A DNA stretch of 64,000 nt from a virus. The stretch's first letter is position 1. Every line of letters starts with the position of its first letter. The notes beneath the pieces were generated by a model. It saw only the letters and a program-made list of their open reading frames with translations. It searched no databases and was not told the origin of the DNA. This document shows, one piece after another, positions 52,205-61,782 of this stretch. Where the stretch lies: positions 1 to 64,000 of the IMG/VR virus record IMGVR_UViG_3300023184_004591. One strand, given 5' to 3'. A program made the position numbers and the translations under genes.

Positions 52205-54190
52205 TTATGAACAATTATGAATCGCAGTACATTCTGGACAATCAATATATTCTGTAATTGTACCTAAAAATAAGGTTGATGGTCCCGAAGTTGGTGTACT
52301 ATTTTCCCAACAAGTCCCACTATCACTATCATAAAAGTATGTCGGTAATCCATTTGATGGAACTAAAACTGTTTGATCTGGTTGCACCCCACAACAATCA
52401 ATTAGTTGAACATAGTTACAAACATTTTGACTGATACAACCATTACAATTATCGTATTGGGATTCCCATACGCTGAAGTTTGTTGTTGGGGTATCTGTTG
52501 TGATCGAAACACAACTATAACAGTTTCCAACGGAGTCAGTATACCTCCTACCAATTGTGTATGATCCAAATGCAATTTCTGTAATCCCATTTTCACAACA
52601 AGATTCAAATAAATAATAATCAGGACAATTTCCAATATCCATCTGACAACTCTGACAACTATCATATTGGGCTTTAGGTATTATAATTAAAGGCCAAGTT
52701 GGTGTTCCAACTAAAGACCATCCAACAACTTCCCAACAAACACCATTTACATCACCAAATATTGTTCCCGTTGTTGGAACTTGCTCCATGATGGCTACCT
52801 CAACCTGTAATAGGTCACAACAATTTCTAAGAGTGACATAAGCAAAATCAGGACAAGTATTTGAGTCCACACAATCAATACAATCAGTCGAAGGCGTTGT
52901 TAAAGTTATTTCATAATTTGTTGGTAATTCATATGCTTCCGATATAATAGTCCAACAAATTCCGTCCGAATCAACCCAAACCTCATCTATGGAGAGATCC
53001 AATGTTGTATGTATTACTTCTTGTGAGAAAATACCACAACAAGACTGAACCACCCAAACAGACGGACAATTGTTATTACTAATACAATCTTCGCAATTAG
53101 TATATCCTGTTGTTCCAATCGTAATTGTAGGGGCAGTTACAGGTGCGGATGTGCTTGAGTCAATACTCCAACAGAATCCGTAATCATCAACAAAATAATC
53201 ACCAACTGTTAAACCTAATGATCCTGAAACATATTCCAAACCCTTAACACAACAATTTACAATATTAACATTATCAGGACAACGATTACTTGAAATACAA
53301 GATTCACAACTCTCATAGTTACTTACTAATGATCTAACACTATTTGGTGAGGTTGTTCCAGTACTTTCTATCTCCCAACAATTACCATCTGAATCACTCC
53401 AAAATGACCCTATTGTTAAATTTGTCCCATTAATAATTTCGGTAACGGTTGGTTCACAACAATTTCTTAACAGATAAAATTCACCGTCAGGTATTGAACA
53501 ATTTTTTTCATAATTTAATGTATATGTAAAATTGGCAGGACCCTTTATTACGGAATTATGTGTAACGCTCATGCCAACAACAAAGAACACATCACATGAA
53601 TCGTAATATTGGGTGAAAGTATGTGAGAGATCAAAACATAATGTATTTTTGGCAAACCCGTACCTTGTCGGTGTAATAACTGACGTAAGTGGTATTCTTC
53701 CGGTTACTGATAAATCATGACATTGGTATAAAAATAAACTAATTACAAATGATGGAGGTATTCCACTATTTCTTATATCAAAATAAATGTTACCACATAA
53801 ATGTATTGTGTCTCCCGACCTAATGTCAACAGGGCAAGGTACCCCAACATTTGATATTGACTCAGGTATTGGAGGTACAGTACCTCCTTTATATGGTAAA
53901 GGAAAATCCCACGGACAACCATTCCATCCACAACCTTTACTAGCACCAACATATAATGAAGAAAATTTTGCAGAAGACGACGAAGGTGTGAAATACCCCG
54001 AATTTGACGCAATTAACGTATTTTCCGTTGAGCACCCACCAATAAGTGATGCGACTTGAGATAACGTAGCTTTATATGATGATCCTGCAGGGTTTTGTGA
54101 TGTGTCCCCCGTAATCACTATGTGTAGTATATCATCAAGTGATATACTTGGGGCTAATGTTCTATCTGTTAGTCTTTGGTAATTCGGCAT
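52205..54190 (-). CDS. Cys-rich putative virion protein with six ~70-aa 6-Cys repeats
   Basis: Repeats of xxCC...GxCW...YxxCxxC...CP; the N-terminus resembles fibre-attachment leaders. Confidence 0.75.
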   Translation of the reverse strand: MPNYQRLTDRTLAPSISLDDILHIVITGDTSQNPAGSSYKATLSQVASLIGGCSTENTLIASNSGYFTPSSSSAKFSSLYVGASKGCGWNGCPWDFPLPYKGGTVPPIPESISNVGVPCPVDIRSGDTIHLCGNIYFDIRNSGIPPSFVISLFLYQCHDLSVTGRIPLTSVITPTRYGFAKNTLCFDLSHTFTQYYDSCDVFFVVGMSVTHNSVIKGPANFTYTLNYEKNCSIPDGEFYLLRNCCEPTVTEIINGTNLTIGSFWSDSDGNCWEIESTGTTSPNSVRSLVSNYESCESCISSNRCPDNVNIVNCCVKGLEYVSGSLGLTVGDYFVDDYGFCWSIDSSTSAPVTAPTITIGTTGYTNCEDCISNNNCPSVWVVQSCCGIFSQEVIHTTLDLSIDEVWVDSDGICWTIISEAYELPTNYEITLTTPSTDCIDCVDSNTCPDFAYVTLRNCCDLLQVEVAIMEQVPTTGTIFGDVNGVCWEVVGWSLVGTPTWPLIIIPKAQYDSCQSCQMDIGNCPDYYLFESCCENGITEIAFGSYTIGRRYTDSVGNCYSCVSITTDTPTTNFSVWESQYDNCNGCISQNVCNYVQLIDCCGVQPDQTVLVPSNGLPTYFYDSDSGTCWENSTPTSGPSTLFLGTITEYIDCPECTAIHNCS

Positions 54191-54221
54191 CCTCTTTTAG
54201 TTATAAATATTTAAGATGTCA

Positions 54222-54527
54222 TTATTGATCCTCGAAAAGATAAATATTTGCATCCATAAAAAGAAATCCTTCCCCAGATTGGAATAATTTACTTTTTGAT
54301 TCACCACAATTTAATATGAAAAATTCTTCACAACCATAGACATCAATTATTTTAATTCCTATTGCAGGAACGTTATTAAATTGGGAGGGTATGTTTAATG
54401 TTATTGATGGTGGTATTGGGGTGTTTATGTACGCTAAAACCGCACATTGATTTCCGTACACATCACAGACATATATAACATAAGGTAAGGTTGCACCTGT
54501 AATACTATCAATTTGTAATACTAACAT
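54222..54527 (-). CDS. Small protein paralogous to the N-terminal domain of the mucin-like protein
   Basis: PYVIYVCDVYGNQC..IKIIDVYGCE versus [24 protein letters not shown]. Confidence 0.7.
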   Translation of the reverse strand: MLVLQIDSITGATLPYVIYVCDVYGNQCAVLAYINTPIPPSITLNIPSQFNNVPAIGIKIIDVYGCEEFFILNCGESKSKLFQSGEGFLFMDANIYLFEDQ

Positions 54528-54587
54528 ATACCATAAATACTTACGTTAACTCAAATTGAAAACCTAAATAGGATATTTAAAGTTTAC

Positions 54588-54935
54588 TTATACTATTCCC
54601 AATAATTCTATATATTTGTTGTATAAAAAATCATTTGAATCAAGTAAGTTACTTGTAAATTCTGTTCTGTTTAAAATAATATTTTTATATTGGTCATCAT
54701 ATGAAAATAATGATAGACTCATTTCATCCCAATTATTACAATTTAAGGGTAATTCTGAGTTAGTTTGAGTTTTAAAAGTTTCGGATGTCATCATAGATAA
54801 AACATCGATTAATAACGTTTTAACTATTAAGTCATCCATTTTTTCAATATCAACTCTCATGGTCGAACTTTTATTTATTGTGATCCCGTTTTGATAAAGG
54901 GTTATTACTAATATATTCCAATCTGTATAATTCAT
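54588..54935 (-). CDS. Hypothetical protein (possible fibre chaperone)
   Basis: ORF immediately downstream of the fibre gene. Confidence 0.6.
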   Translation of the reverse strand: MNYTDWNILVITLYQNGITINKSSTMRVDIEKMDDLIVKTLLIDVLSMMTSETFKTQTNSELPLNCNNWDEMSLSLFSYDDQYKNIILNRTEFTSNLLDSNDFLYNKYIELLGIV

Positions 54936-54936
54936 A

Positions 54937-57900
54937 TTAATTATTTTTTAAAACCATTACTGTTAATGTACCTTGTTTTATTGACCCACCAATACCACTA
55001 ACAGAGGCGGAAGACCCCGAAACATAAACGGCATCCACTTCAATTGTATGTGAACCCGCAGCTAAAGTAAGTATTACTGAAGTATTCCAATTGGCAACCC
55101 AGTTCGTAACGTTAGCAAGTGCCGCTGCCGTTGGGTTGTCAGCATATATTCTTTGATATCCACCTGAGGCTAATACCGCACCATCAACTAAAATTGCAAC
55201 ATCTAATGCTGAACCACCTGTTGAAGTTGTTGCGAGCGTATTAACACCACCATTTGTCTGTATGTAAACCATTGTTTGTCCCGAAACTGTGATTGTTGTC
55301 GATAAACCTGGAATTAAAGTCAATGCGGTTGTTGCACTTGTAAGATTTAATTGGGAGGTACCCGTAACCATTATACCTGATTGACCTAAAGTTAAAGAAC
55401 TTCCATTACCTGTGTAAGTACCTGAAAAAGAACCAAAGAACCCAACTGATGAGGTTACAGTTCCTGACATAGTTGTTGTACCGTCATCTTTTACTTTGAA
55501 GACCTCAGTACCACTATTATTTTTTAATGTTAATTGGTCTATAGTAGTTGCACTTGCACTTACACTTTGTTGTACTCTTAAATTATCAAATTGTAAATTT
55601 TGTGATGCTGCGGTAGAGTAATTGAAGAATACTCCAAATACACTCATAAGTGTTGAGGTGTATGTACTATCAACCGCAGAACCTATTAACGTACTTGTTG
55701 TTGTTGGATCACCCCATGCAGATGCTCCGTCATCTCTAAAATAATACGACCAAGTATTTGTTGATGGTGTGTATACAATTCTAGCACTGACATAATTTGT
55801 GTTACCTGAGAAAAGTCCACCAGTAATAATATCTGTTTGAGTTCCCGCAAGACCATTATTATATTTAACAAGTTTCCAATTTCGTGTACCTGTTGTACCA
55901 TAGACTAATGCGTAACCACTACCCGCACTTTGTAAGTTAGTATTTGATCCTACCAATACTACCGCTCCTGCGTATGAGGAAGCTCCAAATCCTGCAAATA
56001 TTGACGCTCTATTAGTCCTTAAATTGAAAGTCCATTCAATTGTAGATAATGAGTTATTACTTGATAATGTTGGGTTAAATGGTGAACCAAATCCTGAAAG
56101 AGGAACTGTTGTATAAGATTGTCCAGCAGTACCTCCATTAGCAATATTCAAATAGTTAGTTACTATTGTGGCATTTCCTGTACCTGTATTTGTATTTGTA
56201 TATGTTAGGGATGGTGTTCCTCCTGGAGATAAGGTTACTCTACCATAATCATCAATAAATGGTGTTGAGACAGATGGGGTTGGTGGTACATTTGGAGAAA
56301 CTAAAGTTAATGTTGAGGCACTTACAGTTGTTGCGGTAACTGACTTCATTGAAGTATTTCCTGTCACAGTTAAATCTCCATTAACTGTCATTCCTGTTAC
56401 ACTATTAATTGTTGCGGTTAAATCAGGTTGACCATTATTTTGTTTAACCGTAAAAATATTATTATTGTATGTGAATCCTGTCACATATGTGTTAGGATCT
56501 ATTGGTAAATTGTTATAAGTTGTTGCTGAAATTGTATTTGCCGTTAAACCACTTTGGAAAATAGTTCCCCCTGTCATAGTTCCCCCACTTAATGGAAGAT
56601 ATTTTCCGGTAACATTATCAGGTAAATTGTTATAAGTTGTTGCTGAAATTGTATTTGCGGTTAAACTTTGCACTGAGGTATTTCCTGTCACAGTTAAATC
56701 TCCATTAACTGTCATTCCTGTTACACTATTAATTGTTGTGGTTAAGTCAGGTTGACCATTATTTTGTTTAACCGTAAAGACATTATCACCATACGTAAAC
56801 CCTGTCACATATGTGTTAGGATCTATTGGTAAATTGTTATAAGTTGTTGCTGAAATTACATCACTTGTAATGGATGATGCACTGTATATATCATTACCAC
56901 CCATGTTAATGTCTCCCACCATTGGTCTTGACCCATCAACTAAAAGGTACTGTGTATGGTCATCCGCACTTAAACCTAATAAGTTACCGTGAGTTGCAGA
57001 TGCGTTAACACCTCCAGCCTTAAATCCAACAATAGGTCTTATATCTTCTATTTGGTAAATGTTTGACCCTCCTTGTCGGACGTATATGCTTGCAATTTCA
57101 GTTACTGAATCACTAAAATATGTTGGGGGTAATGGTAATAACGCATTTTCTGCCTGTATTAAAGTTGGATATTGATTTTGACCTAACACTAAAAAGTACT
57201 GTTCATTTACTGCATCACCAACAACATACAATGTATGTTTTGTGAACGCACTAATTGATAATGGAGAAATAGTTCCACTATTGTCATCATAACCTACAAC
57301 TACTTGAGTTGTTGCAGATGTTGACCATCCTGTACCACCATCTCTATAATACATTGTAAATGTAATTCCATTACCACCATCAGGGAAAAATTCGTTTGTG
57401 GAATAATAATAATCCCCACCAGTTACATCTATATTATATGGTGTTATATTTTCCGTAACAATTGATCCTTTTGAATAAATTGGTCCAATACCGTTTCTAA
57501 ATAAATTACTATATTGGTTAGATGTATGGTTCGCATTTAAAGGACTGGCATCAATTAAAACAATATCGGTGGAGTTTGTTACAACTCTACCTAAAACAAT
57601 ATTATAAACTGAATTAGGTCTTAAACCTGAATTAGATAAAATTCCATTGTTATTAATAAATAAATACTGATTACTATTTTGTGGTAACTCTTTTAGAGTA
57701 TCACTCCAATCAAAACGTTTAATAACACCATTGTTAATTATACTTTCTAAATAACCATAACCTTCAGATACACTAATTGTGGTTCCACTAACTATTGTAA
57801 TAATACCACCCTCAAGAACACCCATTGTACCACCTTCAAAAAGAAGTGTGGATAAATCAGTGTGTGTACCATCTTTAAATGTTACAGAAAGTTTTCTTGT

Positions 57901-58941
57901 TATATCCAATTCACCATCCGTATGGTCTAAGAAAGACCAATACACATCTTCTGAAACATTAAATATTTTTTGGTGACTTAAACTACCTTGTATTGTTCCT
58001 TGAGTTCCAGAATGATCAACTGATAAATCATAAGTTAACGAATCTATAATACTAACACCATCAATATCAAATGTTGAGGGTCCACCAATATTCATTACTC
58101 TAAAACCAATATCCCAATTTGAAATATTTACACTAGATACAATTAAATTTGCATTATCTTCTATTTTAAACGCAATTGATCCAGAAGTATTATCTCCAAT
58201 ACAATTACCACTACTATAACTAATTTGAGACCCAATACCTTGACAAAAATTCGCAATCGTTGGGACACCTGTTGGCTCATTAAAATGGTTTTCTAATGAC
58301 GCAAATGCGGTATAAGTAGGGCTGTTGGCAATAACGTAAACACCATAGGTGTACGATCCATTTAAGTCAATGTACTCACCAAAAAATTCTGTGTTTGCAA
58401 TTGATGATGTAACACTAATTTGAACGTCATTGTCATACATTGATACTTTATGTGCCAAAGCAAACCCATCTAAGTCGTCACACGCAATACCAACACCTGA
58501 GGTGGCACCACTAATAGTTAAAAATGATATTTGACCCGTATCGCCTAATCTAAAAATAATGTTTGATGGATTATCAGGTGTTATTACAACAGAATTAATG
58601 TCCACACCAACAATACTAACATACGGTTTGTTTGATAAGTTAATTGGTGGTTCAACATAAACACCTGACCCCACTTGAATTGAATATCTATTTGTAAACG
58701 ATGGTCCTGATATTGATTGGACTGCATCATATAAAGATGTAAAATCTACATCCCCACCTTTACCAACTTTAATTACATTTTCTACAAATGTATTATCTAA
58801 TACATAATTTTTTAAATCATCTATTTTAGTTTCACTTGTAGTTCCTGTTGGATTTATGTAACTAACAAAAGGTACTATATCGGTGGCAGTATAACCTGAT
58901 TTACCGACATATGGAAGTTGTGATATTTTTACGTCTGACAT
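54937..58941 (-). CDS. Tail fibre/tailspike-like protein with a beta-helix-like region
   Basis: N-terminal KISQLP; KVGKGGDVDFTSLYDAV..GVYVE (beta-helix cap); HGNLLGLSADDHTQY; internal duplications. Confidence 0.7.
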   Translation of the reverse strand: MSDVKISQLPYVGKSGYTATDIVPFVSYINPTGTTSETKIDDLKNYVLDNTFVENVIKVGKGGDVDFTSLYDAVQSISGPSFTNRYSIQVGSGVYVEPPINLSNKPYVSIVGVDINSVVITPDNPSNIIFRLGDTGQISFLTISGATSGVGIACDDLDGFALAHKVSMYDNDVQISVTSSIANTEFFGEYIDLNGSYTYGVYVIANSPTYTAFASLENHFNEPTGVPTIANFCQGIGSQISYSSGNCIGDNTSGSIAFKIEDNANLIVSSVNISNWDIGFRVMNIGGPSTFDIDGVSIIDSLTYDLSVDHSGTQGTIQGSLSHQKIFNVSEDVYWSFLDHTDGELDITRKLSVTFKDGTHTDLSTLLFEGGTMGVLEGGIITIVSGTTISVSEGYGYLESIINNGVIKRFDWSDTLKELPQNSNQYLFINNNGILSNSGLRPNSVYNIVLGRVVTNSTDIVLIDASPLNANHTSNQYSNLFRNGIGPIYSKGSIVTENITPYNIDVTGGDYYYSTNEFFPDGGNGITFTMYYRDGGTGWSTSATTQVVVGYDDNSGTISPLSISAFTKHTLYVVGDAVNEQYFLVLGQNQYPTLIQAENALLPLPPTYFSDSVTEIASIYVRQGGSNIYQIEDIRPIVGFKAGGVNASATHGNLLGLSADDHTQYLLVDGSRPMVGDINMGGNDIYSASSITSDVISATTYNNLPIDPNTYVTGFTYGDNVFTVKQNNGQPDLTTTINSVTGMTVNGDLTVTGNTSVQSLTANTISATTYNNLPDNVTGKYLPLSGGTMTGGTIFQSGLTANTISATTYNNLPIDPNTYVTGFTYNNNIFTVKQNNGQPDLTATINSVTGMTVNGDLTVTGNTSMKSVTATTVSASTLTLVSPNVPPTPSVSTPFIDDYGRVTLSPGGTPSLTYTNTNTGTGNATIVTNYLNIANGGTAGQSYTTVPLSGFGSPFNPTLSSNNSLSTIEWTFNLRTNRASIFAGFGASSYAGAVVLVGSNTNLQSAGSGYALVYGTTGTRNWKLVKYNNGLAGTQTDIITGGLFSGNTNYVSARIVYTPSTNTWSYYFRDDGASAWGDPTTTSTLIGSAVDSTYTSTLMSVFGVFFNYSTAASQNLQFDNLRVQQSVSASATTIDQLTLKNNSGTEVFKVKDDGTTTMSGTVTSSVGFFGSFSGTYTGNGSSLTLGQSGIMVTGTSQLNLTSATTALTLIPGLSTTITVSGQTMVYIQTNGGVNTLATTSTGGSALDVAILVDGAVLASGGYQRIYADNPTAAALANVTNWVANWNTSVILTLAAGSHTIEVDAVYVSGSSASVSGIGGSIKQGTLTVMVLKNN
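56354..56857. repeat. Near-identical ~180-nt direct repeat within the fibre gene (about 56354-56532 and 56678-56857)
   Basis: Both copies encode ISATTYNNLPIDPNTYVTGFTY..FTVKQNNGQPDLT.TINSVTGMTVNGDLTVTGNTS. Confidence 0.85.
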
Positions 58942-58966
58942 TATCTTTTTTTATTTATAAATACTT

Positions 58967-59236
58967 TTATTCTACGATTATGTAGGCACCATTTTCAGAA
59001 ATTAATCGGTTTCCAAACTCATCGGTTATAACAGGTATACAAGGGACATTTAATATACACGTTTTATCATAAAACGGAATGTAAATTGTATACGATCCAC
59101 GATAGTCCTCACTTATATAATTATATGGTAATGTTACGGTTCCAAGATCAATTACATTACCGTAACAATCGGTATGTATGATTTCGGATTGTTGTCCGAT
59201 ATAATTGTTTGTTAATATTTGTAAAACTGAACTCAT
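58967..59236 (-). CDS. Small protein paralogous to the N-terminal domain of 59897..61780
   Basis: NYIG..IDLGTVTLP..GSYTI versus NYDG..INLGNVTLP..GTYTI. Confidence 0.7.
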   Translation of the reverse strand: MSSVLQILTNNYIGQQSEIIHTDCYGNVIDLGTVTLPYNYISEDYRGSYTIYIPFYDKTCILNVPCIPVITDEFGNRLISENGAYIIVE

Positions 59237-59874
59237 TAATAAGTTTTATTTAATGTAAATATCTCTGAATAAATTGAGTTTCCTGCATTGTTAGTGTTCC
59301 ACTGAGCGGTGATGACAAGTGTATTATCTATTGTAGTATCAAAAGTTGTATCGTTTACTACACTAAAATTTACTCCTTCAAAGTTAAGACCTGAATTCTT
59401 AGTATAAGCGAATAATCCTCCCGATACTATTGATCCTACTGTTGCCACCCCTATTCGTCTTACAGTAAAATTAACATCTAGTTTCCAATGTTTATTTGTG
59501 GCGGTCTCCATCGCCATTACTCCTGTATCTGCTAACAATATGCCTGAAACAGTTTTAATTCTAATATGTAAAGTAGCGGCACCAACACAAGATATATGTC
59601 CTATTAATACTCCATGAAAACTATCACCAACACTGAACCCATTTTCAGGAATTGTAATAGATCCTACACCATTATTTATTAATGTCGACTCAACGGTTGT
59701 GGCACTTACCGCAACGCTGGTTCCTGTTTGACTAAATAACCCATAAACTATTGGCAGGGGTGATAATGTAGATTGTTTTATTTTATATGTGGTTCCCGAA
59801 TACTCAACAACAAACTCAGAGTTTGCAGTTACTGCGGTTAATTCGGGTAATGAGGATATTGGTAAATCTGGCAT
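59236..59874 (-). CDS. Short fibre/decoration-like protein
   Basis: N-terminal DLPISSLP leader followed by a beta-rich domain. Confidence 0.6.
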   Translation of the reverse strand: MPDLPISSLPELTAVTANSEFVVEYSGTTYKIKQSTLSPLPIVYGLFSQTGTSVAVSATTVESTLINNGVGSITIPENGFSVGDSFHGVLIGHISCVGAATLHIRIKTVSGILLADTGVMAMETATNKHWKLDVNFTVRRIGVATVGSIVSGGLFAYTKNSGLNFEGVNFSVVNDTTFDTTIDNTLVITAQWNTNNAGNSIYSEIFTLNKTY

Positions 59875-59896
59875 TTCTTTTTATTTTATAAATAGT

Positions 59897-61780
59897 TTAT
59901 GTTATCATAATCTTTGATCCATCTGCCTGTAGAACAAAGAATCCATCGGATTGTAATAAATAGTTTATTATATTTGTCGGTGTTGGTGTTAATGTCGGTG
60001 TTAAAGTAGGTGTGTTAGTTAAGGTCTGAGTCAATGTCTGAGTTAACGTTGGTGTTAAGGTAGGCGTTAATGTTGGAGTTGAAGTTCTTGTTGGTGTTAA
60101 CGTCTGAGTTAATGTTGGTGTCGGTGTTGAAGTTGGTGGGTTAAGAGGATCTATCAACTCAACGTATAGTAAATCATTATCACCAATACTTTGTGTTAAA
60201 TTATAAATGTAAGTACTTGGTGGTGTTCCTGTGAAACCACTTATTAAGATTCCGTTTTCGTAAACATTAACTGTGTGGTTAGTACCACCTGTAACACTTA
60301 TGATTAAGTAATCACCAGGAACGTTAGTATATAAGAATCCATTTCCACTTGTGTTTTGTAAAATTGGGTAATAGAAGTTAAATACCGCACTAAAATTACC
60401 ACCTATTGAGGTTATCACTGAACCATCGGTATCGTAATTACTAACTAAGAAGTTTCTATATGGTGTTGGTGTAGGTGTTGGGGTTAAGGTTGAGGTTGGT
60501 GTAGGTGTTGGTGGATAACATGCATCTGTACAAATTACATACCCTGGTTCACCTGTTAAATCATATCCAGTTGGTACTTCAGGTATTAATGATAAAACTT
60601 CAAAAGTATAACCACGATTTTCAGGGTTATTATAAAAATACCCAATAGTTAAAGGGGTTAATGATTTAACGTTAAATGTCCCAACGTTTGAACAACCACC
60701 ACCATAACAACCATACCCTGTTACTTCATAATAATATATTATTTGGGTTGAGGTTGGGGTAACTGTCGGTGTTGGGGTTGAGGTTAATGTTGGTGTTAAT
60801 GTCGGTGTTAATGTTGGGGTTAATGTTGGTGTTAATGTTGGTGTTGACGTTAAAGTAGGTGTCGGAGTTAAAGTTGGTGTTGGTGTTGGTGTGTTTGTTA
60901 TATAAACTATTTCATATGTGAAATCACAGTTCAATGTTGTTGGTGTTGGTGTTGACGTTAACGTTTGTGTTAACGTAGGTGTGTTAGTTGACGTTAACGT
61001 TTGTGTTAATGTTTGTGTTAACGTAGGTGTGTTAGTTGGTGTTTGTGTTAATCCTGGTGTTTTTGTATGTGTTGGTGTTTGTGTACGTGTAGGTGTCACG
61101 GTTTGAGTTAACGTTTGTGTTAATGTTGGCGTTAATGTTGGTGTTTGTGTACGTGTAGGTGTCACGGTTTGAGTTAACGTTTGTGTTAATGTTGGCGTTA
61201 ATGTTGGTGTTTGCGTAGGTGTTGCCGTTAACGTAGGCGTTGGTGTTAATGTTGCCGTTAATGTTAATGTTGGAGTTTGGGTAATAATACAATAACCACT
61301 TGTTGTAGTTTGTGTTGGTCTTGGTGTTCTAGTTGGTTTTGGTGTTTTACTTGGTGAAGGACAACCACATGGATCCGTACACGTCGGATGAGGTGTGGAT
61401 GTTACCGTTTGAGTTACCGTTTGAGTTACAGTAATTGTTGGTGTTGGTATACAAACATATCTTGTTTCAGTTGGTGTAACTGTTGGTGTTGGTGTAGCAG
61501 TCGGTGTTTTTGTTAATGTTGGTGTTGGTGTTGGTGTCGGAGTAGGTCTGACAACATTTAATATGTTTGGGCAATCATTATCAACACATTGATCATTTAA
61601 TACCAATATGGTGTAAGTACCATAAATTTCTCTTTGTGGATCAAGTAAAGATGGGTTAAATGTACATGGAAGTGTTACATTCCCCAAGTTAATTACAACA
61701 TTATCGTTGTCAGGTTTAAATAATATATTTGCAACCTCACCATCGTAATTAAAACTTTTTATTATTATGCTTTGACTCAT
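59897..61780 (-). CDS. Second mucin-like Thr/Pro-rich putative virion protein
   Basis: Several TPTLT tracts separating small Cys-containing and beta-rich domains. Confidence 0.75.
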   Translation of the reverse strand: MSQSIIIKSFNYDGEVANILFKPDNDNVVINLGNVTLPCTFNPSLLDPQREIYGTYTILVLNDQCVDNDCPNILNVVRPTPTPTPTPTLTKTPTATPTPTVTPTETRYVCIPTPTITVTQTVTQTVTSTPHPTCTDPCGCPSPSKTPKPTRTPRPTQTTTSGYCIITQTPTLTLTATLTPTPTLTATPTQTPTLTPTLTQTLTQTVTPTRTQTPTLTPTLTQTLTQTVTPTRTQTPTHTKTPGLTQTPTNTPTLTQTLTQTLTSTNTPTLTQTLTSTPTPTTLNCDFTYEIVYITNTPTPTPTLTPTPTLTSTPTLTPTLTPTLTPTLTPTLTSTPTPTVTPTSTQIIYYYEVTGYGCYGGGCSNVGTFNVKSLTPLTIGYFYNNPENRGYTFEVLSLIPEVPTGYDLTGEPGYVICTDACYPPTPTPTSTLTPTPTPTPYRNFLVSNYDTDGSVITSIGGNFSAVFNFYYPILQNTSGNGFLYTNVPGDYLIISVTGGTNHTVNVYENGILISGFTGTPPSTYIYNLTQSIGDNDLLYVELIDPLNPPTSTPTPTLTQTLTPTRTSTPTLTPTLTPTLTQTLTQTLTNTPTLTPTLTPTPTNIINYLLQSDGFFVLQADGSKIMIT

Positions 61781-61782
61781 CC

